A model generated the notes under the pieces. That model searched no databases. It saw only the letters and a program-made list of their open reading frames with translations, and was not told where the DNA came from. The position numbers were made by a program, and so were the translations under genes. From Candidatus Cloacimonadales bacterium (GTDB lineage: Bacteria > Cloacimonadota > Cloacimonadia > Cloacimonadales > JAFGVF01): 64,000 bases of DNA. This document shows, one piece after another, positions 63,655-64,000 of the stretch (positions are counted from its first letter, which is position 1; the number at the start of each line of letters is the position of its first letter). The stretch is from positions 2,272,001 through 2,336,000 of the forward strand of contig OY762964.1 in the NCBI GenBank assembly GCA_963667035.1, read 5' to 3'.

Positions 63655-64000
63655 ATGCCGGATTATAAAAGAATAATTCAATCGTCAGTGAATTACATAG
63701 AGAATAACCTTCATAACCGATTCGCAATGGAGGATGTCTCTGAGCATGCCGGATTTTCATTATATCATTTCATGCGTATGTTTTATACATATACAGGTTA
63801 CAGTCTAAAAGAATATGTGAGAGTAAGGCGCTTATCGGAAGCTGCAGCCGAACTTGTGCACGGGAGTTTGAAAGTGAAGGAACTAGCCGGCAAAATGGGG
63901 TTTGATTCCCCTGAAGCCTTCATTAGAGCTTTTAAGCGTGAGTTTAGGATAACGCCATCTCAATACAGAAACAATAATCAGCTGATTCTCTACACACCAA
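63655..64000 (+). CDS. AraC-family regulator (Rob-like N-terminal HTH), truncated by the window end
   Basis: MPDYKRIIQSSVNYIENNL...AGFSLYHFMRMF...RRLSEAA...GFDSPEAFIRAFKREFRITPSQYR; not in the ORF track. Confidence 0.92.
   Translation, partial: MPDYKRIIQSSVNYIENNLHNRFAMEDVSEHAGFSLYHFMRMFYTYTGYSLKEYVRVRRLSEAAAELVHGSLKVKELAGKMGFDSPEAFIRAFKREFRITPSQYRNNNQLILYTP

Overview
AT-rich bacterial chromosome segment, probably from an anaerobic diderm of the FCB group. Candidatus Cloacimonadota is my best guess, inferred from gene content and a T9SS/FlgD-like C-terminal sorting domain. Most of the window is housekeeping: yggS, plsY-like, dapA, recJ-like, ligA, lptFG, aqpZ, xerD, guaB, ftsH, hpt, tilS, a stand-alone fusA paralog and pruA. 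It also carries tRNA-Val(GAC), a cobalamin-riboswitch-led B12 uptake operon and a desulfoferrodoxin/rubrerythrin/rubredoxin operon whose rubredoxin is missing from the ORF track. Three accessory patches stand out (1-1.7 kb, 15.1-17.3 kb, 52.5-56.6 kb). The main unexplained signal is a ~220-bp non-coding element present as two diverged copies (15.3 kb and 56.0 kb). Each copy has imperfect inverted arms enclosing CTTAC/GTAAG pentamers phased at 11 bp, followed by a conserved TGGAGGGATA box and an outward TTGACTTGTTAAA. One copy sits upstream of a small multicopy gene whose paralog ends at position 83, and the element or gene family lies next to defence-like cargo (HNH, dGTPase, repeat/K-channel protein). 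Other highlights are a tightly coupled plsY-like/GNAT (bacterial ceramide-synthase-like)/Aur1-like PAP2 operon suggesting sphingolipid synthesis, an unassigned structured RNA at 1.4-1.5 kb, and a kinase-TPR-GAF-sigma54 activator with a nearby candidate sigma54 promoter. All family assignments come from motif recognition by eye; no searches were run.
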